Notes: generated by a model from the sequence alone, not told the origin. A stretch of 64,000 nucleotides of DNA from Nitrososphaerota archaeon (GCA_033581555.1 JAVQSZ010000002.1:32001-96000); one strand, 5' to 3'; shown: positions 28,501 through 39,042, numbered from the stretch's first letter. Numbers and translations are program-made.

Positions 28501-28838
28501 CGACCTTCACGACGCTCGTCTCGATCTAGGGGCGATGAGGCCTGGCCGGGTCCGGAGACGAGAGGGTGACCTGGGTCATCGACCGCTGAAGACGGACGCT
28601 CTCCCTGACTTCGGAGCTCGGGACGGTCTAGTGCAAATGGATGAGGGGCGCGGCGTGCCGATCGAGTTCACGCCGAGGCGCGAAGGGGCGAGGAGGCGGT
28701 ACGCCGTGGCCGCCCCCAGCGAGAAGAGGGCTTTGGAGCTCAAGTGGGCCGCGAGGTCTGTCTTCAACGTCCGGTGACCTGGTCCGCGTCGTGAGGAATC
28801 GCCCAAATCTAGGCCTGAGGAGCTTGGAGCGGAGGGAG

Positions 28839-29987
28839 GTGAGCGGAGCGCTCAGTAGGTTGAGCAGGAGGAGTTTCCTGGTCGGTGCAGGTGCCGCCCT
28901 GTTAGCAGGAGCTACTTACTTCGGGCTCAGGGCCTTGACGACGCCCGTCGCGGCCCCCGAGGGGCGAGGACGCGCGGACTTCGACGTCGAGACGGTCGCT
29001 GAAGGCCTCGAGATACCATGGTCGATCGCGTTCCTCAGCGGAGACGAGGCGGTCGTGACCGAGAGGCCTGGAAGGGTTAGGCTGCTGGACCTTAGCTCCG
29101 GCAGGGCAGAGCTCCTCGGGACAGTTGACGTCGCCCACGTCGGAGAAGGAGGGCTCCTCGGGTGCAGCCTGCTCGGAAGGGGTCCGAGGCTTTTGGTATA
29201 CAGGACCTCGTACGCCGGCCAGCGCCTGACGAACTCGGTCCTGCTCTTCGACGACCTCTCGCTCGGGGACCACGTCGTCCTAGTCTCAGGGATCGAGGCC
29301 GCATCGATCCACAACGGCGGCAGGGTGAAGGTCGGGCTAGACGGGAACGTCTACGCGACGACGGGGGACGCCGCGAGGCCCGAGCTCTCCCAGAGGTTGG
29401 ACTCGCTGGCTGGGAAAGTCCTGAGGTTCAGGCCCGACGGCTCCGCACCGTCCGACAACCCGTTCCGAGGGTCGATCGTCTACAGCTACGGCCACAGGAA
29501 TCCCCAGGGGATCGCTTGGAGCCCAAAGCGCGGGAGGCTCTTCGCGACCGAACACGGACCCACCGGCGAGTTCGGGAGGTTCGCGCACGACGAGCTCAAC
29601 CTGATCGTCCCTGGAGGCAACTACGGGTGGCCCCACGTGATCGGCGTTGGACGCGACCCGAGGTTCGTGGACCCGGTCCTGGAGAGCGGCGACGCGACTT
29701 GGGCGCCCTCCGGCTGCGCGTTCTGCTCAGGGTCGGAGCTCGAGGCACTCGAGGGCAGGCTGCTCTTCGCTGCGCTTAGGGGAGAAGCGCTGCACGCCGT
29801 CGCGTTGGACGCCGAGGAGCAGTCGGCCGCATCCCATGAGGTCCTCCTTCGGGGAGCTCTGGGCAGGCTCAGGGATGTGGTACAAGGACCCGACGGCTCC
29901 GTCTACCTCCTCACCAGCAACCGGGACGGCCGCGGCAGACCGAGGCCCGGCGACGACCGAGTGGTCAGGATTGTGCCGAGACGATGA
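28839..29987 (+). CDS. Tat-exported PQQ-dependent aldose sugar dehydrogenase (GSDH family)
   Basis: SRRSFL Tat signal; GLEIPW, GEGGLLG, HNGGR, SYGHRNPQG and GRLRDV motifs. Confidence 0.92.
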   Translation: MSGALSRLSRRSFLVGAGAALLAGATYFGLRALTTPVAAPEGRGRADFDVETVAEGLEIPWSIAFLSGDEAVVTERPGRVRLLDLSSGRAELLGTVDVAHVGEGGLLGCSLLGRGPRLLVYRTSYAGQRLTNSVLLFDDLSLGDHVVLVSGIEAASIHNGGRVKVGLDGNVYATTGDAARPELSQRLDSLAGKVLRFRPDGSAPSDNPFRGSIVYSYGHRNPQGIAWSPKRGRLFATEHGPTGEFGRFAHDELNLIVPGGNYGWPHVIGVGRDPRFVDPVLESGDATWAPSGCAFCSGSELEALEGRLLFAALRGEALHAVALDAEEQSAASHEVLLRGALGRLRDVVQGPDGSVYLLTSNRDGRGRPRPGDDRVVRIVPRR

Positions 29988-30120
29988 CCACGAGAGCATA
30001 AGGGCATTACGCCCGGATTCCCGTCGCCCTTCCCGCGGGCACCGTGAAATATCGCCCTGGAGGCGTCGACGACCCGTGCTCGGGGCGAAAGTGGCCGGCG
30101 CCGCCGAGGACCACGCGATC

Positions 30121-30333
30121 ATGTACAGGTGCTACTACCACCCGGACAACTTCGCGGTCAGGAAGTGCGCCATCTGCTCCCGGATGGTCTGCAATAGATG
30201 CGCGGTCTTCACCGGATCGAGGACCGTCTGCAAGGTCTGTTACATGAGGCGCGTCCTCCCGGAGAGGGCGGTCGTCCTGATCTCCACGGGGGTCCGGGGT
30301 TCCGCGTCAATCCGGAGTATGGCCGGGGTCTGA
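30121..30333 (+). CDS. Small B-box-like zinc finger protein
   Basis: MYRCYYHP...CAIC...CNRC...CKVC pattern. Confidence 0.7.
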   Translation: MYRCYYHPDNFAVRKCAICSRMVCNRCAVFTGSRTVCKVCYMRRVLPERAVVLISTGVRGSASIRSMAGV

Positions 30334-30422
30334 CCTGCGGAGCGCGCCGCACGGTCTCCCGCTCTCCGTATAAGAACGTTTTTTGAGGGGGAATTACGGG
30401 GAGTCTCGGTGGAGTCCGAGCG

Positions 30423-31070
30423 TTGCAGGAAGTCGCTGAGATGATGGGACTGGTCTGGTCGGCCGTAATCGCGGTAGCCGTGATAGTCGTTCTGCTCACG
30501 GTGATCTCGGGCCTGAGGAGGATCACCACGGAGTTGAAGCTCATGAGGGAGGCGCTCCAGATCACGATCAAACCCGTCCAACCGGAGGAGGAGAAGGCGA
30601 CCGCGCGGCCGCAGTCCGAAGTTCCCGCGGAGCCCGAGACGCCGCAGCAAACGGTCCAGACCGCCCCCGTCCCGCCCCCACCGCCTCCACCAGAGCAACC
30701 TCCGCAGCCTGAGGTTATAGTGGTCGGGGAGATCTCGGACCTGAAGGACCTCCTCAGGACCTTCAACCTCAAGTCGGTCCTCCTCTTCGACTCAGCCGGT
30801 CACGTGATCGACCACGAGGGCGAAGATGACCCGGAGAGGCTCGCTGCTCTGCTCGCGGAGGCGTTCTCGGTCATAATGATGGCCAACGACCGCGCCAAGT
30901 CCTTCGCGGTCTTCGACGGAGGCGTTGAGGGGGTGGTGAAGGTCGCGACCGTCGACGAGAGGGAGGTCTACGCCCACTTCAGGACGGGCCGCCCGGTCGG
31001 TGCGGAAGAACTGCGGAGGATAACGGAGCAGATCAGGGTCGTGCTCGCGCGGATGCTGGAGGTCAGGTGA
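30423..31070 (+). CDS. Membrane-anchored protein with Pro/Gln-rich linker and C-terminal roadblock-like domain
   Basis: N-terminal TM helix; PVPPPPPPPEQPPQP linker; SVLLFDSAGHVI...PERLAALLAE roadblock-like pattern. Confidence 0.7.
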   Translation: MQEVAEMMGLVWSAVIAVAVIVVLLTVISGLRRITTELKLMREALQITIKPVQPEEEKATARPQSEVPAEPETPQQTVQTAPVPPPPPPPEQPPQPEVIVVGEISDLKDLLRTFNLKSVLLFDSAGHVIDHEGEDDPERLAALLAEAFSVIMMANDRAKSFAVFDGGVEGVVKVATVDEREVYAHFRTGRPVGAEELRRITEQIRVVLARMLEVR

Positions 31071-31073
31071 GCG

Positions 31074-31439
31074 TTGTGCGGGTTCCACTACGACCCAGAC
31101 TCCCTCAAGGTCTACCTGGAGGAGGTCCTTAGGGTCAGCAGGGGAGCGATAGAAGTACTCTTGGTAGCTAAGCCTGATGGCACGCCGGTCGCCCACGCCA
31201 ACTCGATCTCGCTAAGCCCCGACTACCTCGCCGCCGCGATCTCGGCTGTCTCGGGAGTGATCAGGTCGGTGCTGGAGATGCTCGAGCTCGGGGACTACAA
31301 GAGGATCTACGTCGAGCTGACGGACCGGAGGTACGTCTTCGCGATGCCCTATAGGGGCGACGTAGTCGTCGCGATAACGAAGTCCAACCCGAACCTCGGC
31401 TTCATCAACATGCTGCTCTCGGTTTACTTCAAGGAATGA
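31074..31439 (+). CDS. Roadblock/LC7 (MglB-like) protein
   Basis: LLVAKPDGTPVA...LAAAISAV...NLGFI pattern. Confidence 0.85.
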   Translation: MCGFHYDPDSLKVYLEEVLRVSRGAIEVLLVAKPDGTPVAHANSISLSPDYLAAAISAVSGVIRSVLEMLELGDYKRIYVELTDRRYVFAMPYRGDVVVAITKSNPNLGFINMLLSVYFKE

Positions 31440-31443
31440 GGTC

Positions 31444-31977
31444 ATGAGGAGCATCAAGGTCCTCATCGTGGGACCCTTCAACGCAGGGAAGACCACATTC
31501 ATCAAGACCTTGGCCGGACTGAGCATGACGACGGACGTTGAGGTAACTTCCCCCGAGGAGAGGAGGAAGAAGGAGAAGACGACTGTGGGGATGGACTTCG
31601 GGATGGTCAACATAGGGGACGGGTACGTGGTGAGGCTGTTCGGAAGCCCCGGACAGCCAAGGTTCTCCTTCATGTGGAGGGTGCTCTCGGTCGGAGCCCA
31701 CGGCGTTATCTTCATGGTCGACTCGAGCGACTCCGAGTCCATTTCAGCCTCGGTCGAGGAGTTCAAGAGGGCCCGTGCCCAGTTCGGGAAGCTGCCGATT
31801 GTCGTCGCGGCTAACAAGCAGGACCTGCCCCAGGCCCTGAAGCCCGAGGACGTGAGGTTCGTGCTCAGCGTGCCGCCCACAATTCCGGTGCTGCCATGCA
31901 TCGCGATCGACAAGAACGCTGCCTGGCTCGTACTCGGCACGCTCCTCGAGATGGTGATCGGCAGAAAGAGCGGCTAG
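31444..31977 (+). CDS. MglA/CvnD-like small GTPase
   Basis: G1 GPFNAGKT, G2 TTVGMDFG, G3 GSPGQPRF, G4 NKQD. Confidence 0.9.
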   Translation: MRSIKVLIVGPFNAGKTTFIKTLAGLSMTTDVEVTSPEERRKKEKTTVGMDFGMVNIGDGYVVRLFGSPGQPRFSFMWRVLSVGAHGVIFMVDSSDSESISASVEEFKRARAQFGKLPIVVAANKQDLPQALKPEDVRFVLSVPPTIPVLPCIAIDKNAAWLVLGTLLEMVIGRKSG

Positions 31978-31979
31978 AC

Positions 31980-32543
31980 TCACATCCTGGCCCAGGAGAT
32001 CGAGAGGTACCTCACGCGTCCCCGTTCCTTGTCAACGGTCGCGATCAAGAAGTTCTTCTTCACCGTGGTAGAGAGCCTCCCGGCCCTGACGATGTCCGTC
32101 GCCCAGAGCTGTTCGTCCTCCGACCTGACCAGTACGATGAAGGGCGCGTGGTCTATGCCTGGTCCGTACACGTAGACCGCGAAGTCGCTCCCGAACTTGA
32201 TGCCCGTGCTGACGTAGTAACCCCTCTTCCTCAGGTCCCTGTAGACCGAGTAGAGGTCGTCGTACTTCGTGTAGTTCGCCCTCCCGACCTCCGCGACCTC
32301 CTCGGCGGTCATCCTCCTCCCGTCCTTGTAGACCTCAAGGTACCCCTCCTCGACCAGATACCTGGCCTCGATCAGGTCTAGCACGAGCGGCTCGTCGAAG
32401 TCCGTGCCCTTGGGCTTGGGGACGCCGAGCGGCTTCCCGAAGTACCCGAGGGAGTAGACCGCCCTCGCCTGGGCCCTGTCGAAGACCACTACGCTTCCCT
32501 CGACGTAATCGCCCCTGAAGGGAGGCCTTGCCTCCGCGTCCAT
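31980..32543 (-). CDS. endA: tRNA-intron endonuclease, catalytic subunit
   Basis: VYRDLRKRGY, GIKFGSDFAVY..GPGIDHAPF and VKK supply the Tyr/His/Lys triad. Confidence 0.94.
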   Translation of the reverse strand: MDAEARPPFRGDYVEGSVVVFDRAQARAVYSLGYFGKPLGVPKPKGTDFDEPLVLDLIEARYLVEEGYLEVYKDGRRMTAEEVAEVGRANYTKYDDLYSVYRDLRKRGYYVSTGIKFGSDFAVYVYGPGIDHAPFIVLVRSEDEQLWATDIVRAGRLSTTVKKNFLIATVDKERGRVRYLSISWARM

Positions 32544-32549
32544 CCCCTG

Positions 32550-33224
32550 CTACCGGTAAAGGATGCTCAGGACGTCCGCGGCCTCCTCGGAGATGTCCGA
32601 GACCGACTCGAGGAGGTCCACGATCTCCCTCAGGAGCAGCGTGTGGGCGGTGAGCTGGCCCCTCCTCAGAATATCGATCCCCGTCCTCCGGTAGATGTCG
32701 TCGACCCTCTTCTCGTGCGCCTTGACCTCCCTCAGCTTCTGGTAACCCTGAGCCGAGTCCATCTCGAGCGCAGTGATCGCCCTGTTGAGCGTCTCGAGGC
32801 AGACCCCCACCTCCTCGAGTAGGTCCACGACCGGCCTCAGGGCCTCGCCCTCGGGCCTCCCGAGCTCGACGAGGCTGAGGGTCCTATAGGCAACCCCCTC
32901 GAGCCTGTCGGGGACCTTGTCGAGGCAGCCCAGTAGCCTGATGAAGTCGCCCCGCTCGACCAGAAGCGCCCCCGCCTCGAGGATCCTCTCCTCCGCCTCG
33001 GACTTCAAGGCTTTGCACTCGTCGTCGAGCTTGAGGATCTCGTTGAACTTCTGCTGGAGGAAGGACTTGTCAGCGCCGCCCTCGACGAGCACTTCCATCA
33101 TCGCCCCTAGGGCCCTCAGCATCTGGATCGACTTCCTGGTGTGGTCCTTGGAGGTCATTAGGACGACCCTTCTGACGTCCTCGAGCTTCTGGCGTCCGAT
33201 GAAAGCCACGGTCATACTCCCCAA
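32550..33224 (-). CDS. DUF47/PhoU-like phosphate transport regulator family protein
   Basis: All-helical; RGDFIRL..LD, EKRVDDIYR and LESVSD.SEEAAD patterns. Confidence 0.8.
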   Translation of the reverse strand: MGSMTVAFIGRQKLEDVRRVVLMTSKDHTRKSIQMLRALGAMMEVLVEGGADKSFLQQKFNEILKLDDECKALKSEAEERILEAGALLVERGDFIRLLGCLDKVPDRLEGVAYRTLSLVELGRPEGEALRPVVDLLEEVGVCLETLNRAITALEMDSAQGYQKLREVKAHEKRVDDIYRRTGIDILRRGQLTAHTLLLREIVDLLESVSDISEEAADVLSILYR

Positions 33225-33315
33225 TGAGCGCTATTAACCCTTCACCCCGACCCTGCGAGACGCGCTGCCGGTCCTCGGTAACCTCTATCAGAGGGCGGCC
33301 ACCACTCGGGTCGCC

Positions 33316-34368
33316 ATGAGCCTTCCGAGCTACGTGGGCTCCATGAAGGGCAGGTCGTTCCTGAACACGAACGACTTCACGAGGGAGGAGATCGAGGAGG
33401 TCCTGAAGGCCGCGAGGGACCTGAGGGAGAAGTTCAGGTCACGGGTCCCTACGCCCTACCTCCCGGGGAGGACGCTCTTCATGCTCTTCTACAACAGGAG
33501 CCTAAGGACCAGGAACTCCTTCGAGGCCGGCATATTCCAGCTCGGGGGCCACGCGCACTTCCTCAGCCCTCAGGACGTCTACACCCCGACCCTCCCTGAG
33601 GATATGGTCCCGTATCAGACCGAGTCGATCGCGGACGTCGCGAGGGTCCTGAGCAGGTACGGCGACGCGATCGCGATCAGGATCTACGGGGACGCCGCGA
33701 AGTGGCACATAGGTAGGGGCCACAGGGTCGTGAGGGAGTTCGCAAAGTGGAGCTCGATCCCGGTGTTGAACATGGAGGACGACCTCTACCACCCGTTTCA
33801 GGCGCTCGCGGACATCATGGCCATCACCGACGTCGCCCCTAACCCGAGCGGGAAGAAGTTCGTCGTCTCCTACGCCTATTCAGGTGGGCTGAAGCCGCTC
33901 GCCGTCCCGCAGAGCTGCGTCCTGATAGGGACGATGTTCGGGATGGACGTGGTCCTGGCTCACCCGAAGGGCTTCGAGCTGGAGGAGGGAGTGATCAAGG
34001 CTTGCGAGGAGAACGTTGACAGGTACGGCGGGAGCTTCGAGGTCGTCCACGACATGAAGGAGGCCTTCGAGGGCGCGGACTTCGTCTACCCGAAGGCCTG
34101 GTCGCCAAGAGGCTTCTTCCCGCCGTACAACGGCAAGGTCGACAAGGAGGGCGCGGTGGAGTACCAGAACAGGTTCAAGGACTGGATCTGCACCCAGGAG
34201 CTGATGGACCTGACGAGGAGGGGGAAGTACATGCACTGCGGCCCGGCGGACAGGGGGCAGGAGGTGACGGACGACGTGATCGACAACCCCGAGTACTCGC
34301 TTTACTTCGAGCAGGCCGAGAACAGGCTGCACGTGCAGAAGGCAGTGATGTGCATGGTGATGGGCTAG
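33316..34368 (+). CDS. YgeW-like carbamoyltransferase (second OTC-superfamily enzyme)
   Basis: [36 protein letters not shown] and HCGP motifs; lacks the OTC SMG loop. Confidence 0.8.
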   Translation: MSLPSYVGSMKGRSFLNTNDFTREEIEEVLKAARDLREKFRSRVPTPYLPGRTLFMLFYNRSLRTRNSFEAGIFQLGGHAHFLSPQDVYTPTLPEDMVPYQTESIADVARVLSRYGDAIAIRIYGDAAKWHIGRGHRVVREFAKWSSIPVLNMEDDLYHPFQALADIMAITDVAPNPSGKKFVVSYAYSGGLKPLAVPQSCVLIGTMFGMDVVLAHPKGFELEEGVIKACEENVDRYGGSFEVVHDMKEAFEGADFVYPKAWSPRGFFPPYNGKVDKEGAVEYQNRFKDWICTQELMDLTRRGKYMHCGPADRGQEVTDDVIDNPEYSLYFEQAENRLHVQKAVMCMVMG

Positions 34369-35906
34369 CCCGCGCCCCTGGCCCCCAGCATCATCACTCC
34401 CACCTGCTCCAAGCTCGCCGAACCCCTCTCCAGTATTCCCACCATCTCGCCCTTGTACATCACGCCTATCCTGTCGCTCATCGCGAGGAGCTCCTCGAGG
34501 TCGTCGGAGAGGAGGACGATCGCGACGCCCTTCGACTTCAGGTCTAGGAGGAGCCTCCTGACGAAGTCGGTCGCCCCCACGTCGAGTCCTTTCGTCGGGT
34601 ACGCCGCGAGGACGAGCCGCGGCAGCTCTCCGGTCGGGCACGCGAAGAGCTCCCTCGCGATCACCAGCCTCTGGAGGTTGCCGCCGGAGAGGGTCTGGGC
34701 CTTCGCGGTCGCGGACCTAGTCACGATCGAGAGCTTCCCGATCAGCTCCTCGGACCTCCTCCTCATCAGCTTCCTGTTCAGTATCCCGGCCCTCGAGTAG
34801 GGAGGCCTCCTGTAGCACTTCAGCAAAAGGTTCTCGGCGACCTCCAAGCCCAGCCCTACGCCCTTCTGTGGCTCCGGGACGATCATCGAGACACCCTCGA
34901 GGACCAGGTCGTAGGTGTGCGCGTTAGTGACGTCCATCCCCATGAGGATTACCCTCCCCCTCGATACCTTCCTGAGCCCGTAGATCGCCTCGAGGAGCTC
35001 GTCCTGACCGTTCCCCGCCACCCCAGCTATCCCGAAGATCTCGCCCCTCCTGACGCTGAACGAGACCCCCTTCACTGCCAAGTGTCCCCTCTCGTCCCTC
35101 ACGTGGAGGTCCTCGACCACCAGGACCGGCTCTTGCGAGGGCGGAGGAGCGTGCGGGTAGGAGAGCCCCACCTCCCTCCCTATCATCAGGGAGACCAGCT
35201 CCTTCATGGAGACCTCGCTAGTCCTCCTGACCGCGACGACCCTCCCCTTCCTCATCACAGTCACCCTGTCGCTCACCCTCATCACCTCCTCCAGCTTGTG
35301 CGTCACCAACACGACCCCCATCCCGGAGTTGGCCATCGCCCTCACGCTCTCAAAGAACTGGGCGGTCTCCTGGGGCGTGAGGATCGACGTAGGCTCGTCG
35401 AGGATGAGGACCTTCGCCCTCCTCACGAGCATCTTGAGGATCTCGACCTGCTGCTTCTGGGAGGCGGTCAGCTGCCAGACGTAGTCGTCGGGGCTCACGT
35501 TCCAGCCGTACCTCGCGACCAGCTCCGAGAGCATCGACCTCAACTTGCCGTAGTCGAGCACGATCCCGGCCTCCTTCAGGCCCAGGACGACGTTCTCGAG
35601 GACCGAGTGCTTGGGGATCAGCTTGAACTGCTGGTGGACCATCCCGAGTCCGTGCCTTATCGCGTCCTTCGGCGACCTAATGTTGACCCTCCTGCCCTCT
35701 ATGAGGATCTCGCCCTCGTCCTTGCTGTAGAGCCCGTAGAGTATGTTCATCAGCGTCGTCTTCCCCGCTCCGTTCTCGCCCAGCAGCGCGTGGACCTCTC
35801 CCGCGTAGAGGGTGAAGTCGACCCCGTCGTTGGCCACGACCCCTCCCGGGAACCTCTTCGTTATCCCCCTCATCTCGACCAGGGGGATCAGCTGGGGATC
35901 CGTCAA
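34365..35906 (-). CDS. Nucleoside/sugar (CUT2, NupA/YufO-like) ABC transporter ATP-binding protein with two ABC domains
   Basis: [38 protein letters not shown] and PTKGLDVGA motifs. Confidence 0.9.
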   Translation of the reverse strand: MTDPQLIPLVEMRGITKRFPGGVVANDGVDFTLYAGEVHALLGENGAGKTTLMNILYGLYSKDEGEILIEGRRVNIRSPKDAIRHGLGMVHQQFKLIPKHSVLENVVLGLKEAGIVLDYGKLRSMLSELVARYGWNVSPDDYVWQLTASQKQQVEILKMLVRRAKVLILDEPTSILTPQETAQFFESVRAMANSGMGVVLVTHKLEEVMRVSDRVTVMRKGRVVAVRRTSEVSMKELVSLMIGREVGLSYPHAPPPSQEPVLVVEDLHVRDERGHLAVKGVSFSVRRGEIFGIAGVAGNGQDELLEAIYGLRKVSRGRVILMGMDVTNAHTYDLVLEGVSMIVPEPQKGVGLGLEVAENLLLKCYRRPPYSRAGILNRKLMRRRSEELIGKLSIVTRSATAKAQTLSGGNLQRLVIARELFACPTGELPRLVLAAYPTKGLDVGATDFVRRLLLDLKSKGVAIVLLSDDLEELLAMSDRIGVMYKGEMVGILERGSASLEQVGVMMLGARGAG

Positions 35907-35977
35907 CTCGTTATAGTGAATGCCGTTCAGCAATAAAAGAGTGATGGACGGTGCGCTGCGGTTTTGACGGCATGAGG

Positions 35978-36208
35978 TCAAACGACGACCGCGGTCTCCG
36001 TCCTCTCGACCCCCTCGACGGCGTGGACGCGCTCGACGATCAAGGACCCGAGGGCCTGCAGGTCGGACGCCTCGACGAAGGCGATAACGTCGTACCTCCC
36101 CGTGACGTTGCAGACAGCGAGGCATCCCTGGACCTTCGTGAGCTCCTGGGCGACCCTCTTCGCGTAGCCAGGCTTGGTCCTGATCAGTACGTACGCTTGA
36201 ACGGGCAT
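35978..36208 (-). CDS. Stand-alone Lrp/AsnC ligand-binding (RAM) domain protein
   Basis: AYVLI..KPG...[12 protein letters not shown]...GVERTET pattern. Confidence 0.88.
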   Translation of the reverse strand: MPVQAYVLIRTKPGYAKRVAQELTKVQGCLAVCNVTGRYDVIAFVEASDLQALGSLIVERVHAVEGVERTETAVVV

Positions 36209-36249
36209 CTCACCGCACCAACACCCCCGTCAGTATAAGTCTTCCGCGG

Positions 36250-37446
36250 TCAGTATGTCAGCCTCCCGAGAAGGGTCAGCTTGACGGCCTCACCGAACGT
36301 CGCGTGGGCGCCGGGCGGGACGACTAGGAACGCGTTCGCCCTGGACGCGGTGTAGAGGTTGTTGACGCCCTTAGGGAGCACCTTCGCCCTGACCCCCTCT
36401 CCGGATGGCTCAAGCGATGCGAAGTAGACGCTGCTGACGCCCGGTCTTCCGGGAGCGTCGCCGTCCAGACCGGCAGCGAGCTCGGGTGGAGGCGACCTGA
36501 GGCGGTAGAGGGACCTCAGGTAGGGCGCCCCGATCAGATGGAGGCCAGCGATCGCGGCTGTCAGGGAGCCGGGAAGGATTAGCCAGCTCCGCTCCCTCAC
36601 CATCACCAAGCCGACCGGCTTGCCGGGGTGGAGCCGCACGCCGTGGAAGAGGACCTCTGCGCCCTCCATCTCCGCGTAGGCTTTCCGGACGACGTCGTTG
36701 CTCCCGCTCGAGGCCCTCCCGACGGTGACGACCAGGTCGTTGGTCTCAGCGGCCCCCTTCACCCTGCCCACCAACCCGTCGACCTCGTCCCCGACCGCTT
36801 CGATCGAGGTAACATCGCAGCCCATCTGGCGGAGGTACGATGCGACGACGTGGGCGTAGTCGTTCGGGATGGCCCTCCCCGACTCGCTCAGGAGCTCACC
36901 GCCGACCGAGATCACGGCACACCTCGGCCTCCTGTACACGGAGACCCTCCTTACGCCCAGCTCCGAGAGGACGGCGACCTGCGGAGGCCTGAGGAGCTCG
37001 CCGCGCTCGACGACCCGATCGCCGGCCCTGAAGAATGAACCCCTCCTCTCGACGTTCTCCCACCTCTCGGCCATCCCCCTGAAAACCAGCTTCTGGCCCT
37101 CGAGCTTGACGTGCTCCGTCCTGATCACGACGTCCGATCCCGGCGGGATCGGCTGTCCGGTGAGGACGCTCACCGCCCACGGCCCATCCCCCGGAGACTC
37201 CGAGAGCTTGAGCCTCACCGCGCCCCCGCCGTCCCTCCGCTCGAGGAACTCGAACTTGGTCGCGAAGCCGTCGAGGGCCGCCCTGTCGACTCCGGGGACG
37301 TCGGAGCCCGAGAAGACCGGCTCTGCGACGACGCGACCTACCGCCTCCTCGATCGGCAGCTCGATCAGCTCCAGCGTCCTCCGGGACCCCGCGGAGACTG
37401 CAGCCCTCTGGGCCTCCTCGAGGGTCACCAGCTTCAGCGCACTCAC
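36250..37446 (-). CDS. moeA: Molybdopterin molybdotransferase
   Basis: AALDGFA, TGQPIPPG.D.VI..E, GGEL, HPGKP and LPG motifs. Confidence 0.88.
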   Translation of the reverse strand: MSALKLVTLEEAQRAAVSAGSRRTLELIELPIEEAVGRVVAEPVFSGSDVPGVDRAALDGFATKFEFLERRDGGGAVRLKLSESPGDGPWAVSVLTGQPIPPGSDVVIRTEHVKLEGQKLVFRGMAERWENVERRGSFFRAGDRVVERGELLRPPQVAVLSELGVRRVSVYRRPRCAVISVGGELLSESGRAIPNDYAHVVASYLRQMGCDVTSIEAVGDEVDGLVGRVKGAAETNDLVVTVGRASSGSNDVVRKAYAEMEGAEVLFHGVRLHPGKPVGLVMVRERSWLILPGSLTAAIAGLHLIGAPYLRSLYRLRSPPPELAAGLDGDAPGRPGVSSVYFASLEPSGEGVRAKVLPKGVNNLYTASRANAFLVVPPGAHATFGEAVKLTLLGRLTY

Positions 37447-37453
37447 CGAGACC

Positions 37454-37948
37454 TCACCCGGTGGGCCCGCGGACCACCCGCAGGACCTCCGAGAGGAGCT
37501 CGTCGAACTGATCCGGCAGGAGGTACCTCGCCGATGGGTTGGGCGCAAAGGAGACCGGGATGTCGTTCGGTCCCACGTCCTCCCCCTCCTCTCTGAGCAC
37601 CCTGATCCTGACGACGCCCTCGGAATCCTGAGGCATCATCGACTGGAAGCCCTCGACGACGAGGAAGTCCACGTCGCCCGCGAGCGCCCTCAAGTCCCCG
37701 ACCCCCCTAATCGCGACGGACCTGTGGATCACCGCGGTCTCCCTCGGGGAGGAGACGATCACCGGGTCGGCACCGGACTGGTAAAGCCTCCAGCTGTCGG
37801 ACCCCTCCCTTTCGATCGTGAAGTCGGCGTGGTGGACGTGCTTCGCCGCCGCGACCCTGTACCCCATCGACCTGAGCGCCGAGACGATCATCGAGGCGAG
37901 CCTCGTCTTACCTGCCTTCTTGAACCCGAAGACCGCTATGACCCACAC
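37454..37948 (-). CDS. mobB: Molybdopterin-guanine dinucleotide biosynthesis protein B
   Basis: GFKKAGKT, KHVHH, GSDSWR and DFLVVEGF motifs; start uncertain. Confidence 0.88.
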   Translation of the reverse strand: MWVIAVFGFKKAGKTRLASMIVSALRSMGYRVAAAKHVHHADFTIEREGSDSWRLYQSGADPVIVSSPRETAVIHRSVAIRGVGDLRALAGDVDFLVVEGFQSMMPQDSEGVVRIRVLREEGEDVGPNDIPVSFAPNPSARYLLPDQFDELLSEVLRVVRGPTG

Positions 37949-38034
37949 CGGCTCCTCAACGCCCCGGACCGTGAAAAGCTTAACCCGATCCCTCCCGGTT
38001 TTCATCTTATTACTCACGGCGAGGTATTCGAAGT

Positions 38035-39042
38035 GTGGGCTCGATACCCCGTCTCGGGCTCTATCTTCAGGACATGCACGTCAGGGAAATGATGAGGTAC
38101 GCGCAGATCGCTGAGGAGCAAGGTTTCGAGTCGGTTTGGATCGCCGAGTCCAGGCTCTCGAGAGACGCGATAGTCCCGATGACCGCCATCGCCGCCGTGA
38201 CAGAGAGGATCAAAGTTGGAGCGGGCGTGATCAACACCTGGACAAGGAACGCCGCGTTGATCGCTCAGACATTCGCGACCCTCGACGAGCTCGCCGACGA
38301 CAGGATCCTGCTGGGCCTCGGGGCTTGGTGGGACCCGCTCGCGTGGAAGGTCGGGATCGAGAGGAGGGAGCCCCTTAAGTGCATGAGGGAGTACGTCGAG
38401 ACGATCAGGAGGCTCCTCAGGATGGAGGAGGTGACCCATGAGGGCGAGTTCGTCAAGCTGAGGGGCGTGAGGCTGGACGTCCTGCACGGCAAGGGTCCGG
38501 TCCCGAGGAACGTCCCGATCTACATCGGCGCCACCGGGTTCAAGATGATGGAGCTATCGGGCGAGATAGCGGACGGCGTCCTCCTCAACTACTTGGTCTC
38601 GCCTCTTTACAACGACAAGGCCATCGAGCACATCAAGGTCGGGGCCGCGAGGGCCAAGAGGAGGCTGGAGGACATCGACAGGCCCCAGCTGATAGCCTGC
38701 TCGGTCCACGAGGACGGCGACTACGCCGTCAAGCTCGCGAAGAAGCACGTAACGATGACCCTCGGCCAGCAGCCCCACATCATGAAGGCGAGCGGCGTGA
38801 GAGAGGACCTAATCGAGGAGGTTCAGAGGGCGATGGGCGGATGGCCCGCGAAGCCTGGCGGGATCGAGAGGGCGATGGAGATCGTCCCGGACGACGTCGT
38901 GAGGCTCATTACGGCATCGGGCACGCCGTCCGAGGTGAAGAGGAAGATCGAAGAGTACATGGCCCACGGCTGCACCGCGCCCCTCATCCTCCCGCTGAGC
39001 GGCGACGTCGAGTACGCGATTAGGGCCCTCGCAGCCCTCTGA
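38035..39042 (+). CDS. LLM-class (Mer-like, probably F420-dependent) oxidoreductase
   Basis: [18 protein letters not shown]...R, RILLGLG and [20 protein letters not shown] motifs. Confidence 0.88.
   Translation: MGSIPRLGLYLQDMHVREMMRYAQIAEEQGFESVWIAESRLSRDAIVPMTAIAAVTERIKVGAGVINTWTRNAALIAQTFATLDELADDRILLGLGAWWDPLAWKVGIERREPLKCMREYVETIRRLLRMEEVTHEGEFVKLRGVRLDVLHGKGPVPRNVPIYIGATGFKMMELSGEIADGVLLNYLVSPLYNDKAIEHIKVGAARAKRRLEDIDRPQLIACSVHEDGDYAVKLAKKHVTMTLGQQPHIMKASGVREDLIEEVQRAMGGWPAKPGGIERAMEIVPDDVVRLITASGTPSEVKRKIEEYMAHGCTAPLILPLSGDVEYAIRALAAL

Noticed and set aside
28361-28510. N-terminal extension of the aldehyde dehydrogenase ORF
   Set aside because: It is the antisense reading of tRNA-Glu; the real start is the ATG at 28360
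28530-28590. Possible C/D box sRNA (CGATGA...CTGA)
   Set aside because: Box C is imperfect, and the internal boxes and guide lengths do not fit
30640-30712. C-rich low-complexity tract as a DNA repeat
   Set aside because: Explained by the poly-proline linker of the membrane roadblock-like protein
38035-39042. Methanogenesis-type Mer
   Set aside because: No other H4MPT-pathway genes nearby; context points to nucleobase catabolism, so only the LLM family call is kept
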